Assembly: GCA_035315885.1 (NCBI GenBank)
Contig: DATFXM010000194.1
Location: 44,825-108,824 of the forward strand
DNA length: 64,000 nucleotides
Direction of reading: 5' to 3'
DNA from: Blastocatellia bacterium
GTDB taxonomy: Bacteria; Acidobacteriota; Blastocatellia; UBA7656
Position numbers and translations under genes: made by a program. Positions 1 through 10,045 of the stretch are shown one piece after another (the first letter of the stretch is position 1; the number at the start of each line of letters is the position of its first letter). The notes under the pieces are model-generated. The model had not been told where the DNA came from and made no database searches. It saw nothing but the letters and a program-made list of their open reading frames with translations.

Positions 1-353
1 TTCGGATTGGTCTGTTCGTTGGCGGCCCCGCTTGCCGGTGTTGGTGACGGCTCAGCCGGAACCGGAGTGCTGATCGGAGCCGGTGCGGACTCTGCGCTTG
101 AGCTCTCACCCAGCGATCGCTTCTCAAACAAGCCAGGGATCGAAAACAAGAAGGCGATCATGAAAAACACAATCGCCGCACCGATGGTGACCTTGGCCAG
201 CACCGTCTGTGTTCCTCTTGGCCCAAACGCCGCTGAGTTGACTCCGCCGCCGAATACCGCTGACGCGTCCGCCTTGCCTGGTTGCAAGAGCACAAAAAGA
301 ATCAGAATGAAGCACGCCAGCACATACAGAATTGTTAAAATGTATCCAAGCAC
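1..353 (-). CDS. secG: Preprotein translocase subunit SecG (GTG start at 351-353; 3' end runs off the window start)
   Basis: Reverse-strand translation gives VLGYILTILYVLACFILILFVLLQPGKADASAVFGGGVNSAAFGPRGTQTVLAKVTIGAAIVFFMIAFLFS. This is the SecG pattern (two TM helices, Gly-rich loop, QxGKG), placed immediately downstream of tpiA as in the conserved gap-pgk-tpiA-secG arrangement. The + ORF at 7..360 is the antisense artefact. Confidence 0.6.
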   Translation of the reverse strand, partial: MLGYILTILYVLACFILILFVLLQPGKADASAVFGGGVNSAAFGPRGTQTVLAKVTIGAAIVFFMIAFLFSIPGLFEKRSLGESSSAESAPAPISTPVPAEPSPTPASGAANEQTNP

Positions 354-368
354 TGCCTGACTCCTGGT

Positions 369-1127
369 CTATCTCTTATAGTTCACGATCTTCGCAAAAG
401 ATTCCGGTTCGAGGCTCGCTCCTCCAACAAGCGCACCGTCGATGTCCGCCTGAGCCATCAGTTCCCCAATGTTCTCAGGCTTCACGCTTCCGCCGTAGAG
501 AATCTGTATCCTTTCGGCCGCTTCGTCTCCAAACATCTCTCGGACGCGGGAACGAATGAAGGCGTGCATATGCTGAGCGGTTTCCGGAGTCGCTGTTCGA
601 CCGGTACCGATCGCCCAAATGGGCTCGTAAGCGATGATCATACGGGCCACGTCGGGCACTGTCAAGCTATGCAAACTCGCGCCTAACTGTGCTCCCACCA
701 CCTGTTCGGCTCGGCCTGCATCTCTCTCTTCGATCCGCTCGCCAAAACAGCAGATGGCCTTGAGACCCGCACCCAGCGCGCAGCCAATCTTCTTGTTCAC
801 AGAAGAATCCGTCTCACCGTAGTATTGGCGACGCTCGGAATGACCGATTATGATCCAGCGTGCCCCGGCGTCTCGCAGCATCGCCGCTGAAATCTCACCA
901 GTGAACGCACCCGGCCCTGGCTCTGACGCTACATTCTGTCCAGCCACCGCTATGTTAGACCCCTCGAGACGCGCCGCTACGCTGCTGATCGCAGTGAACG
1001 GCGGAGCGATCAACACGTCGCAATGAGTGGACGACACCACCAGAGGCCTGAAGCGCTGGGCATAATCCAACGCCTCCGGAATCGTCTTGCACATCTTCCA
1101 GTTGCCTGCGATAACCGGTCGTCTCAT
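369..1127 (-). CDS. tpiA: Triosephosphate isomerase
   Basis: MRRPVIAGNWKM N-terminus; IIGHSERR, AYEPIWAIGTG and YGGSV motifs; 252 aa. Confidence 0.95.
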   Translation of the reverse strand: MRRPVIAGNWKMCKTIPEALDYAQRFRPLVVSSTHCDVLIAPPFTAISSVAARLEGSNIAVAGQNVASEPGPGAFTGEISAAMLRDAGARWIIIGHSERRQYYGETDSSVNKKIGCALGAGLKAICCFGERIEERDAGRAEQVVGAQLGASLHSLTVPDVARMIIAYEPIWAIGTGRTATPETAQHMHAFIRSRVREMFGDEAAERIQILYGGSVKPENIGELMAQADIDGALVGGASLEPESFAKIVNYKR

Positions 1128-1140
1128 TGGTGCACTTTGT

Positions 1141-1749
1141 TTAGTCGTTGGATTGCGCAGCGCCTGCCTGAATCTTGCCGGCTCGCGCCACGACGATGAT
1201 GAAATCCGATTTGCCCTGCTGCTTCTTTACCTGCAGCTTTGCTTGTTCATCTTCGCCCTTCTTCAGCAACCATTCGCTGAACTCCGGGTCAAGCGTCTTG
1301 TCTTCAACCGTCCACTTGTTCAATTTGATTTCTTTTTCGTAGAACGCGGTGATCTTGTCCATCGAATCCCGAGTCGACAGAACGAGTGATACGGTATCGC
1401 TGCCGGCTATCGGGCCGTACGAGAAGCTCATTCGTCTAGCGTTCGGATAATTCCGCAGATCCTTCGGCTCACCCTTGACCGTATCAAGAAACCAGGGCGC
1501 TTTGAACGGCGGCTGTGAAGTTTGAGCGGTGCGCTGCTCTCCAGACGGAGGAGTCGCCACCGTCGGCTCCGAGGGCTGAGTCGGTTGTTGCGGGGTTGAG
1601 TTGTTGTTTGTCGTTCCTTCGGCTGGCGGCTCGCTCTGAGCTCTCGGCCGATTCGCATTCGGATCGGCTCCCCCATAACTAGGCTTGTTACCGCAGGCGT
1701 AAGCGAACAGCGACGCCAACAAACCTAACGACAAAAAAACAGATTTCAT
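1141..1749 (-). CDS. Putative lipoprotein of unknown function (start trimmed to MKSVFLSLGLLASLFAYACG)
   Basis: Signal peptide plus Cys lipobox-like site, then a Pro/Gln/Thr-rich linker and a ~90-aa C-terminal domain. Sits between pgk and tpiA. The ORF-track start at 1959 overlaps pgk and was rejected. Confidence 0.55.
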   Translation of the reverse strand: MKSVFLSLGLLASLFAYACGNKPSYGGADPNANRPRAQSEPPAEGTTNNNSTPQQPTQPSEPTVATPPSGEQRTAQTSQPPFKAPWFLDTVKGEPKDLRNYPNARRMSFSYGPIAGSDTVSLVLSTRDSMDKITAFYEKEIKLNKWTVEDKTLDPEFSEWLLKKGEDEQAKLQVKKQQGKSDFIIVVARAGKIQAGAAQSND

Positions 1750-1793
1750 CAAGTTGTACTCCCTTGCTTGTTCCCTTCGAATTATCGAGCCGG

Positions 1794-2999
1794 CTAAGTC
1801 ATATCGGACAGCGCCGCCACGCCGGGCAGAACATCGCCGGCAAGAAACTCGAGCGATGCTCCGCCTCCCGTTGAGACGTGAGTTATCTTGTCTGCCACGC
1901 CCGCTTCCGAAATCGCAGCGACCGAATCTCCACCGCCCACGATGGTAGTCGCACCGCATGATGCTACTACCTGTGCTACTGCGCGAGTTCCCCGATCAAA
2001 CGGCGGATGCTCAAACATACCCATTGGACCATTCCAAACGACCGTGCCTGCGTCTTTCAGCGCCTCTGAAAATGCTGCTATCGCATCGGGTCCGATATCA
2101 AGTCCGGCCTCTTCGGGTCTTATGTCTCGCACAGAGGAGCTTCTGGGTTCAACGCCCGACGGATTTTTGTCCCACGCCTCTTTGTTTACTACCACGTTGT
2201 CGACGGGGAGCATGAAATTGAGCCTGCTCGCTGCGGCCCTCTTGAGAATGTCGCGAGCCAGGTCGAGCCGGTCGGGTTCAACAAGGGATTTACCGGTCTC
2301 TACGCCTTGAGATTTCAAGAAAGTGTAAGCCATGGCGCCGCCGATGAGTATCGCGTCGGCTTTGGTCAGCAGATTTTCGATCACCGCAATCTTGTCGGAG
2401 ACCTTCGCACCTCCGAGTACAACAACAAACGGCCGTGCGGGTTTTTCCAGAGCTTCGCCGAGGTACTTGAGCTCCTTCTCCATCAATAAGCCGGCGGCCG
2501 ATTTGGCTACAAAATGAGTTATGCCTTCGGTAGACGCGTGCGCTCGATGAGCGGTACCGAAGGCATCGTTGACGTAAAGGTCGGCGTTTTCTGCGAGCTG
2601 TTTTGAAAAAGCGGGATCGTTCTTCTCCTCCTCCGCGTGAAATCTGAGGTTTTCGACCATCAATGCCTCGCCGGGCGCCAGTTTCTCGACCATCGAACTA
2701 ACCTCGACTCCGACGCAATCGGGCGCCAGAGGAACGGTCTTGCCTAGCAATGCCGTGAGTCTGCGAGCCGCCGGCGCCAGCGAGTACTTCGGGTTGGGCT
2801 TTCCCTTGGGTCTGCCGAGGTGGGAAGCAAGCACTAATCGGGAATGATGCTCGAGCGCATAGCGGATCGTCGGAAGCGCCGCTTTTATCCGCGTGTCATC
2901 CGACACTTCGCCGCTGTCGTCCAAAGGCACATTGAAGTCGACGCGAATAAAAACGCGCTTGCCGGTGAGATCCAGGTCGCTTATCGAGAGCTTAGGCAT
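1794..2999 (-). CDS. pgk: Phosphoglycerate kinase
   Basis: 401 aa; [26 protein letters not shown]-terminus; GGGDS and GGGASLE motifs typical of PGK. Confidence 0.95.
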   Translation of the reverse strand: MPKLSISDLDLTGKRVFIRVDFNVPLDDSGEVSDDTRIKAALPTIRYALEHHSRLVLASHLGRPKGKPNPKYSLAPAARRLTALLGKTVPLAPDCVGVEVSSMVEKLAPGEALMVENLRFHAEEEKNDPAFSKQLAENADLYVNDAFGTAHRAHASTEGITHFVAKSAAGLLMEKELKYLGEALEKPARPFVVVLGGAKVSDKIAVIENLLTKADAILIGGAMAYTFLKSQGVETGKSLVEPDRLDLARDILKRAAASRLNFMLPVDNVVVNKEAWDKNPSGVEPRSSSVRDIRPEEAGLDIGPDAIAAFSEALKDAGTVVWNGPMGMFEHPPFDRGTRAVAQVVASCGATTIVGGGDSVAAISEAGVADKITHVSTGGGASLEFLAGDVLPGVAALSDMT

Positions 3000-3059
3000 A
3001 CTTTCGCCACCAGTTTCGCTTGTGCTGCGAGTTGAGATTTTCCTGGTTGTTAGCCTCGA

Positions 3060-4106
<1,047 letters not shown>

Positions 4107-4178
4107 TTAACGGACACACCAGCAGCCCGTAACGCAACGTATCAAGCTATAGGATGGTTTTCCCGATGTCAAATAGGA

Positions 4179-4359
4179 GGAGTTCTGAGTTCTGAGTTAC
4201 CGAGTTCTGAGTACCGAGTTCTGAGTACCGAGTTCTGAGTCCCGGGCTGCCGAGTTCTGAGCCCTCGATATCCTGTCTTTTGTCAACACGCCGTCATCAA
4301 CAGGCCGTACTCACTGAATTCACCGCTCAAGCTAAGGACTCAGAACTCGGTACTCAGAC
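4179..4359. repeat. Hairpin element 1: left arm of ~13-nt tandem repeats (CGAGTTCTGAGTA x5, variants TT/CC), ~75-nt core, right arm ACTCAGAACTCGGTACTCAGAC (reverse complement)
   Basis: Direct reading of both arms. The tkt stop codon (TGA on the minus strand at 4354-4356) lies in the right arm. Confidence 0.8.
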
Positions 4360-6225
4360 CTCGAGAAGCGCCTTGACCAGCTTCACGATCGCTTTGCGAT
4401 CGATTCCATGAACTGCGAGAAGCTCTTCAGGCTTTCCGGACCGCGGAAGATCCCGCACCCCAAGCTGGTGGACGCGAAGACCTGAAGGCGCAACCGCAGA
4501 AGCGACTGCATCGCCGATGCCTCCAAGCATCGAGTGATCTTCAACGGTGATTATCATGTTGTTAGTGTCGCGGCCGGCGGAGCGCAAAAGCTGTTCGTCG
4601 ACCGGCTTCACCGAAAAGATATCGATAACTCTCACCAATATGCCTTCGCCCTTCAGTTGATCGTGCGCCGCCAGAGCCTCGAACAGCGTAACGCCTCCCG
4701 CTACGATCGTGACACGATCCTGATCGCTTCGCCGGACCACCTTTGCACGTCCAAGCTGAAATTTCTCATCGCTCGCATACAACACTGGAGTCTTCGGCCT
4801 GCTTGTTCTGATGTACACGATCCCGTGATTCTCGGCGGCCAGGCGCACGGCTGCTTCTGCCGCTACAGCATCCGAGGGGTAAAGCACCGTCGAACCCTCG
4901 ATCGCCCTCATCATCGCAAGGTCCTCGAGCGCCATTTGTGAAGGCCCATCCTCTCCTATCGAAACTCCGGCGTGTGAGCCGCAGAGCTTCAGGTTGGCTT
5001 GTGAGATCGCAGCCATCCTGATCTGATCGTAAGCTCGAGTAAGAAAGCAGGCGAAGGTTGATGCGAACGGGATCTTGCCCGAGGCGCTCAGGCCGACAGC
5101 CGCGCCTATCATGTTCTGCTCGGCGATGAATGACTCGAAGAATCGCGTAGGGTGCGCCTTCAGAAACTTCTCGGAGAACGTAGAGTTCTTTGTATCACCA
5201 TCGAGCGCCACCACCAGCGGATTTGTATTGCCAATCCGCGCCAGACCCTCACCGTATGCCTCGCGCGTTGCAATCTGGTCTCCCAGGTTGTACGAAGGCT
5301 GATGCGGAGCCTGCACGGCGCCTGGCGGATTCACCACCGTGCGCCCGTCGGGCGCCTTCATCGTCATCCGCCGGCCGTCGATTTTCGGTTCCAGCTCGGC
5401 CAGCGCGCGCTCCATCTCCTCGCCCTTCTTGAACGCTTTGCCATGCCAGCCGTTCTTGTCCTCAACGAAAGAAACACCCTTCCCTTTTTTGGTCAACGCC
5501 ACGATAACCGATGGTTTGTCTTTGATCTCTGTCGTCTGATCGAGTGCCGCGACGATTTGCCGTATATCGTGACCATCGATGACAACTGCGTGCCATCCAA
5601 ATGCCTCGAAGCGAGCCCGGTAGATTTCGCCGTTGTGCTCGTACATTGTCCGCTGGCTCTGCCCCAGCGCGTTGACGTCCACGATGGCTACGATGTTGTC
5701 CAGCTTGTGATAGGAGGCCATCGCGGCGGCTTCCCAGATCGAGCCCTCGGCTACTTCCCCATCTCCCATCAAAACAAAGATGCGGTTGTCGATTCGATCG
5801 AGAAAGCGGGAATTGAGAGCCATTCCAACGGCGCATGAGAGTCCCTGTCCGAGCGAACCGGTTGCGACTTCGACCCACTTAAGGCGTGGCGTGGGATGGC
5901 CCTCGAGATCACTGTCGATCAATCTTAGGGTCTTGAGGTGTTCAACAGGAAACGCTCCTGCTTCGGCCCATGCGGCGTAGAGCAGAGGAGCTGCGTGACC
6001 TTTGGAAAACACGATCCGATCGTTGAGCGGGTTCTTGGGATCGTTGACCTCGTACCGCATGCCGTGGAAAAAAACGGCCGCGGTCAGGTCTGCGGCGGAC
6101 ATACAACTCGTAGGATGCCCGGAACCGGCTTCCGATGTAGCGACGATCGAATCTACTCTGAGCCTGTTCCCCATTGCTGCAAGCGCTTCATACAAATCGT
6201 GATTCATTTTCGCAGACTGTTCCAT
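4354..6225 (-). CDS. tkt: Transketolase
   Basis: 623 aa; TPP-binding GSGHP..; transketolase pyrimidine-binding and C-terminal domains recognisable. Confidence 0.93.
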   Translation of the reverse strand: MEQSAKMNHDLYEALAAMGNRLRVDSIVATSEAGSGHPTSCMSAADLTAAVFFHGMRYEVNDPKNPLNDRIVFSKGHAAPLLYAAWAEAGAFPVEHLKTLRLIDSDLEGHPTPRLKWVEVATGSLGQGLSCAVGMALNSRFLDRIDNRIFVLMGDGEVAEGSIWEAAAMASYHKLDNIVAIVDVNALGQSQRTMYEHNGEIYRARFEAFGWHAVVIDGHDIRQIVAALDQTTEIKDKPSVIVALTKKGKGVSFVEDKNGWHGKAFKKGEEMERALAELEPKIDGRRMTMKAPDGRTVVNPPGAVQAPHQPSYNLGDQIATREAYGEGLARIGNTNPLVVALDGDTKNSTFSEKFLKAHPTRFFESFIAEQNMIGAAVGLSASGKIPFASTFACFLTRAYDQIRMAAISQANLKLCGSHAGVSIGEDGPSQMALEDLAMMRAIEGSTVLYPSDAVAAEAAVRLAAENHGIVYIRTSRPKTPVLYASDEKFQLGRAKVVRRSDQDRVTIVAGGVTLFEALAAHDQLKGEGILVRVIDIFSVKPVDEQLLRSAGRDTNNMIITVEDHSMLGGIGDAVASAVAPSGLRVHQLGVRDLPRSGKPEELLAVHGIDRKAIVKLVKALLEV

Positions 6226-6243
6226 TTAGACTCTCCGTTGTGT

Positions 6244-6366
6244 AGTGCTGAGTGCTGAGTCCTGAGCTGCCGGATCTTGCGTGCTGACTTTCTCAAATCT
6301 TTTTTGTGCTCAGCGGCTGTGTTCAGATACTCAGCACTCAGCACTCCGCCCTCAGGACTCAGAACT
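6244..6366. repeat. Hairpin element 2: arms GTGCTGAGTGCTGAGTCCTGAGCTG / CTCAGCACTCAGCACTCC..CTCAGGACTCAGAAC around a ~40-nt core
   Basis: Heptamer tandem (TGAGTGC/TGAGTCC) inverted arms. Contains the stop codon of the Tmk-like gene at 6352-6354. Confidence 0.8.
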
Positions 6367-7092
6367 TCTGTCTTCTACCCGCCTCAGCAATTGCCCGATC
6401 CGGCGCTGAAGAAGCCGATAAATAATCTCGGGTCGCTGAGTCGCATCGATCACCTCGAATTTGTATTCTTCCGCAAGCGAGTCGAATACCCCAAGCATCC
6501 TGGTCTGATAGGCAACGAAACTGTCAAAAAGATCCCGCCCAAAGTGCATGTCCATTCCAGATTCCCAGTAGTCGAACCCTGTAGGGCTGCCCAACACTCG
6601 CGGGATCAAATCCGGTACGCTTGCACGTAGATAAAACACTGAATCCGGCTTCAACGCCAGACCGTAAAACGATTTTATCCACGTCGGGTCAAGCCCACGT
6701 ACGATCCCTCTCGCGATCAGCGAGTAAATATAGCGATCCGTAAGTACGATAAAACCGGCTCGCAGCGCTGGGATCATCTGGTTCTCGAGCCGGTCCGCAA
6801 AATCGGTCGCGTAGAAGAGCGTCAAGGACACCGGCCCCAGCGTGATTCCCGCTTTGGCCTGCTTGATTCCCTTGCCCGCCAGCGCTGATCTGGTCATGCC
6901 GGTATCCAGTACCGCATGCCCATTTGCTTCGAGCCACGGCTTAAGCAGAGCAATTTGCGTAGACCTGCCGACTCCGTCCGGACCCTCGATCACTATCAGG
7001 CGGCCCTGCAACTCAGACAGATCCACGCCCGGCAGACCCGTGTCGTAAAACTCAAAGCGGTGACCGTCCATTCGTACTGTCATACTCTTCAA
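6352..7092 (-). CDS. Thymidylate kinase-family protein, paralog 2 (P-loop Lys replaced by Arg: GPDGVGRST)
   Basis: Tmk-like fold: G-x-D-G-x-G-(K/R)-S-T Walker A, DRYIYS (DRY motif), long LID region. The lysine of the P-loop is replaced by arginine, suggesting an impaired or altered kinase. 3-bp gap to paralog 1 indicates co-transcription. Confidence 0.7.
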   Translation of the reverse strand: MKSMTVRMDGHRFEFYDTGLPGVDLSELQGRLIVIEGPDGVGRSTQIALLKPWLEANGHAVLDTGMTRSALAGKGIKQAKAGITLGPVSLTLFYATDFADRLENQMIPALRAGFIVLTDRYIYSLIARGIVRGLDPTWIKSFYGLALKPDSVFYLRASVPDLIPRVLGSPTGFDYWESGMDMHFGRDLFDSFVAYQTRMLGVFDSLAEEYKFEVIDATQRPEIIYRLLQRRIGQLLRRVEDRSSES

Positions 7093-7094
7093 AT

Positions 7095-7805
7095 CTAAGC
7101 GAAGAATTCAAACTCTGGCACCGGGTGCCTCGGGACACCTACTAGCTGCCGCTCCACGATCGACCTCACTTCGTTTTGTTGCTCCTCGATCGGCCGCGTC
7201 GCATCGATCACCGTGAGGCCAAACTCGGGCACCATCTGCTCGTACCGGTCACGAATCATCCCTTGAAAGATTCGAAAGCTCTCCTCGATGTCGTCGCTCA
7301 AGCCCAGGTCCATTCCCGCCTCGTAGTACTTCAACCCGGCTCTGGCGCCGAGTATACGTTTAAGGGAAACCTCGAGAGGAACTCGAAAATAAAACGCCAG
7401 CGTGGGCTCTACCGCGAACTTGTACAGTTCGCGCACCCACGCCGCGTCTACACCGCGCGCAGTGTCACGCGCAAACGCGGTGAAGATGTAGCGGTCTGCC
7501 AGCACAATTGCTCCGGCCTTAAGCGGCGGTATTATGTGCCGCTCGATTCTATCTGCCAGGTCTGTCGCGTGAATGAGAGAAAAGGTAGTCGGCGTGAGCA
7601 TCTGCTTTTTCTTGCCGCGTCGTGTAGTCTCTCGAACCAGCGGCGACGAGTTCCACTCGCTGAAGAAGACAACGTACCCTTCGCGCCTCAGCCATTGTTG
7701 AAGCAGGCTTAGCTGCGTGGATTTTCCCGAGCCGTCGATGCCTTCAACGATGAACAGCTTACCCGGGAACGTTTGCTCGCCGTGCATCACCATTGCCGGT
7801 TCCAT
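7095..7805 (-). CDS. Thymidylate kinase-family protein, paralog 1 (canonical P-loop EGIDGSGKST)
   Basis: Walker A GIDGSGKST; DRYIFT; LID with Arg residues; 236 aa. Confidence 0.75.
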   Translation of the reverse strand: MEPAMVMHGEQTFPGKLFIVEGIDGSGKSTQLSLLQQWLRREGYVVFFSEWNSSPLVRETTRRGKKKQMLTPTTFSLIHATDLADRIERHIIPPLKAGAIVLADRYIFTAFARDTARGVDAAWVRELYKFAVEPTLAFYFRVPLEVSLKRILGARAGLKYYEAGMDLGLSDDIEESFRIFQGMIRDRYEQMVPEFGLTVIDATRPIEEQQNEVRSIVERQLVGVPRHPVPEFEFFA

Positions 7806-7829
7806 AGAGGTTTGTCTCGAGAAGATCGG

Positions 7830-8579
7830 TCAACCAAGACGTCGAATCAGCTCCCTGGAAAGCGCGCCGTAGTCTTCGGCCGCGTCGCTGCCGGGAGCGT
7901 ATTCGAATACAGATTTGTGCGCCTCTTGAGAGTAATCCAACTCGGTTCTCTCTCGTATCACAGTTCGAAATATTCTTCCTGGAAAAAGCTTCCGGGCTTC
8001 CAGCCGAACTTGTTCCGGCCCGGCTCGCCGCGTGGTGTAGAAGGTCATTACTACACCGGTCCGGTCGCTGTCGATTCTTGCATCGCGTGTATGAGTATCC
8101 ACAAACTCTATCATCTGTTCTATGGACCTGAGGCCGAGCCACGTCGAGATACACGGCACCAGCAGGTAATCCGAGACAGCAAGGGCCGCGGAAGTTGAAC
8201 GTCCAAGCTCCGGAGGACAGTCGAACAGGACAAAATCGTATTGCTCGTCGGTCCCCGAAAGCGCGTGTCGGAGGGGACCGCTCAATGCACCGAGGCCGTC
8301 AGCAGACGAAATGAACTGCCAGAGTCTACGACCGCCGCTCGGAACGATGGAGACATTCTCCCGGACCTCGGTTGGCCTGAACGAACCGCCTTCCACCGCT
8401 GACACCACCGTGCCGCGACCATGATCCACACCCGCGAGCATCCGAAGATTGTCCTGCGGATCGAGGTCAACTAGCAGTATTCGCGCACCAGCAAGAGCTA
8501 AGCCGAATCCAAGATTCCAGGTCGTGGTCGTTTTTCCAGTGCCGCCCTTGGACGCGGCAATCGCGATCCGTCTCGCCAT
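7830..8579 (-). CDS. Orphan ParA/MinD-family P-loop ATPase
   Basis: Deviant Walker A SKGGTGKTTTT, LVDLDPQ, and Walker B region DFVLFDCPP. No adjacent parB (canonical parAB is at 38861..40490). Confidence 0.8.
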   Translation of the reverse strand: MARRIAIAASKGGTGKTTTTWNLGFGLALAGARILLVDLDPQDNLRMLAGVDHGRGTVVSAVEGGSFRPTEVRENVSIVPSGGRRLWQFISSADGLGALSGPLRHALSGTDEQYDFVLFDCPPELGRSTSAALAVSDYLLVPCISTWLGLRSIEQMIEFVDTHTRDARIDSDRTGVVMTFYTTRRAGPEQVRLEARKLFPGRIFRTVIRERTELDYSQEAHKSVFEYAPGSDAAEDYGALSRELIRRLG

Positions 8580-8652
8580 CAGGCTGCCTTTGTATTTTCA
8601 GGACTGTTCCAGACTCCGAACTTGACCCTGTGCGGAGCCTGAGCCCAAATTC

Positions 8653-9864
8653 TCACTCAAGTCGCGAGGCAGCATCCGTGGCTTTTATCGGTACCTCGGC
8701 CTGTTCAAGAGCTTCCTCGGAAGGCACTACAATTCGCAGGTTCTGGATCCCGCGATACGCCACATAGTGGTGATAGGCGACCATAACGAGCCCCACCACT
8801 GGAATCGAAAGAAAAATACCAACCAACCCTCCGATTTCCGCGCCCGCGAATATTGCCAGGATCACTATCAGCGGGTGCATCTTTATCCCATGCCCAACGA
8901 TCTTCGGGTATACGATGTAGTCCTGAACAATTCTGAGCACTATCAAAAACAAACCCACCCACACAGCGGTCTTGAAGGAAACCGTCAGGCTGAGCAGGAA
9001 AGCTATACACCCACCCAACAGCGGGCCGGCCATCGGAACGAACTCGAAAACACCAAGGACCGGGCCCAGAAGAGCTGGATACGGAGCGTCGAAAATATAA
9101 AGGCCGATGGTAGAGACCGCACCTATGAACAGGCAGGAAGTAAACTGGGCCCGAATGTAGGCGGCCATGGTCTTGCTGACATCGAGCAGAAGCCACCGAG
9201 CCCTGCGCTGGAGTCGTTCATTTGGGAGAAGTGCGACCGCGGTGTTGGTGAACGACTCCGCGTCGCGCAGCAAAAAGAAAGACAATATAGGCACAACGAT
9301 CAGCCACGAGAGATACGGTACAGATGTGACGATCGAACCGACTATAGACTCCAATATGGGCAGCGATGACTTGGCTAACTCCCCGAGATGCTCCGACAGG
9401 TATTCGCGCCACTGGATCGGCAACTTCACGTGTCGCATCCAGGTATTGGTTCCGTTCACCAGGTTGTTGGCGGCATCGGAACCGGACCTGATGTATGCGT
9501 CCCAGTTTTGCCGAAGCTCCGCCAACTGGTCGGTGAATTGAGGCCAGAGCATCCTGACCCCGAAGAACGACAGCGCCCCAATCATCGCGTATACCAGAAA
9601 GATCGCCAAACTTCGAGGGATGCGCAGCTCCTTGCGGCCGATATACAGAGGCTGCTCGAATACTCTTACGAGCGGAGCGATGAAATAGCAGAAGAAGATC
9701 GAGATGATCAGCAGCAGAAGCAGCGTTCGAAGCTCATAAACGAGCCAAACAATTCCGAGGACCAGGAGCGCCGCGCCCGAGACTCGAAAGATCACCTTCG
9801 TCCAGGCATCGATGAGTTGGCTGTTTTCGAACGAGCGCTGGGTCAAGCGCGCCTCCGGTCCCAC
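8653..9864 (-). CDS. AI-2E family (PerM/UPF0118) transporter
   Basis: 403 aa polytopic membrane protein with the conserved C-terminal region of AI-2E family permeases. Confidence 0.75.
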   Translation of the reverse strand: MGPEARLTQRSFENSQLIDAWTKVIFRVSGAALLVLGIVWLVYELRTLLLLLIISIFFCYFIAPLVRVFEQPLYIGRKELRIPRSLAIFLVYAMIGALSFFGVRMLWPQFTDQLAELRQNWDAYIRSGSDAANNLVNGTNTWMRHVKLPIQWREYLSEHLGELAKSSLPILESIVGSIVTSVPYLSWLIVVPILSFFLLRDAESFTNTAVALLPNERLQRRARWLLLDVSKTMAAYIRAQFTSCLFIGAVSTIGLYIFDAPYPALLGPVLGVFEFVPMAGPLLGGCIAFLLSLTVSFKTAVWVGLFLIVLRIVQDYIVYPKIVGHGIKMHPLIVILAIFAGAEIGGLVGIFLSIPVVGLVMVAYHHYVAYRGIQNLRIVVPSEEALEQAEVPIKATDAASRLE

Positions 9865-9990
9865 TTAGTTTGTAACGGGCCTGATCTTGAGTCAGTATAA
9901 CACAGCGCTATTGTGTGGCTTAACGTCACCTGGCGCAGGCTGACCTTCAACTCGAAGTAAGGCCGCCCGCGAACGAACGCACAAACGAAA

Positions 9991-10017
9991 GGCGGCGGTA
10001 CGTTGCACACCGCCGCC
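9991..10017 (-). terminator. Candidate intrinsic terminator downstream of the ctpA-like gene (9-bp GC stem GGCGGCGGT/ACCGCCGCC, 9-nt loop, then a U-rich run on the minus-strand RNA)
   Basis: Stem-loop read directly. On the minus-strand transcript it is followed by UUUCGUUUGUGCGUU. Confidence 0.4.
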
Positions 10018-10045
10018 TCACTAACTTGTCCTGCCTGGGTTTGAT

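Noticed and set aside
7-360. 117-aa + strand ORF at the window start
   Set aside because: No recognisable domains. The opposite strand in the same interval encodes a clear SecG N-terminus directly downstream of tpiA, so the + ORF is an antisense artefact.
5152-5838. Long antisense ORFs inside tkt, P5CDH (19291..19914), LmbE-like (21403..22407), glycerate kinase (44217..45050), 46345..47190 and others
   Set aside because: High-GC genomes give long spurious ORFs antisense to real genes. These lack motifs and overlap well-supported CDSs.
7125-7140. TGGCAC-containing sequence as a sigma-54 promoter
   Set aside because: Spacing to a GC dinucleotide is 8 rather than 10 nt, there is no TTGCW -12 element, and it lies inside or antisense to coding sequence.
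9865-10045. tRNA or small RNA gene in intergenic gaps (also 31181-31433, 40491-40662, 50193-50383)
   Set aside because: I found no T-arm (GTTCGAATC-like) or cloverleaf-compatible sequence on visual scanning. This is a limited check, so tRNAscan-SE or Infernal should be run to confirm absence.
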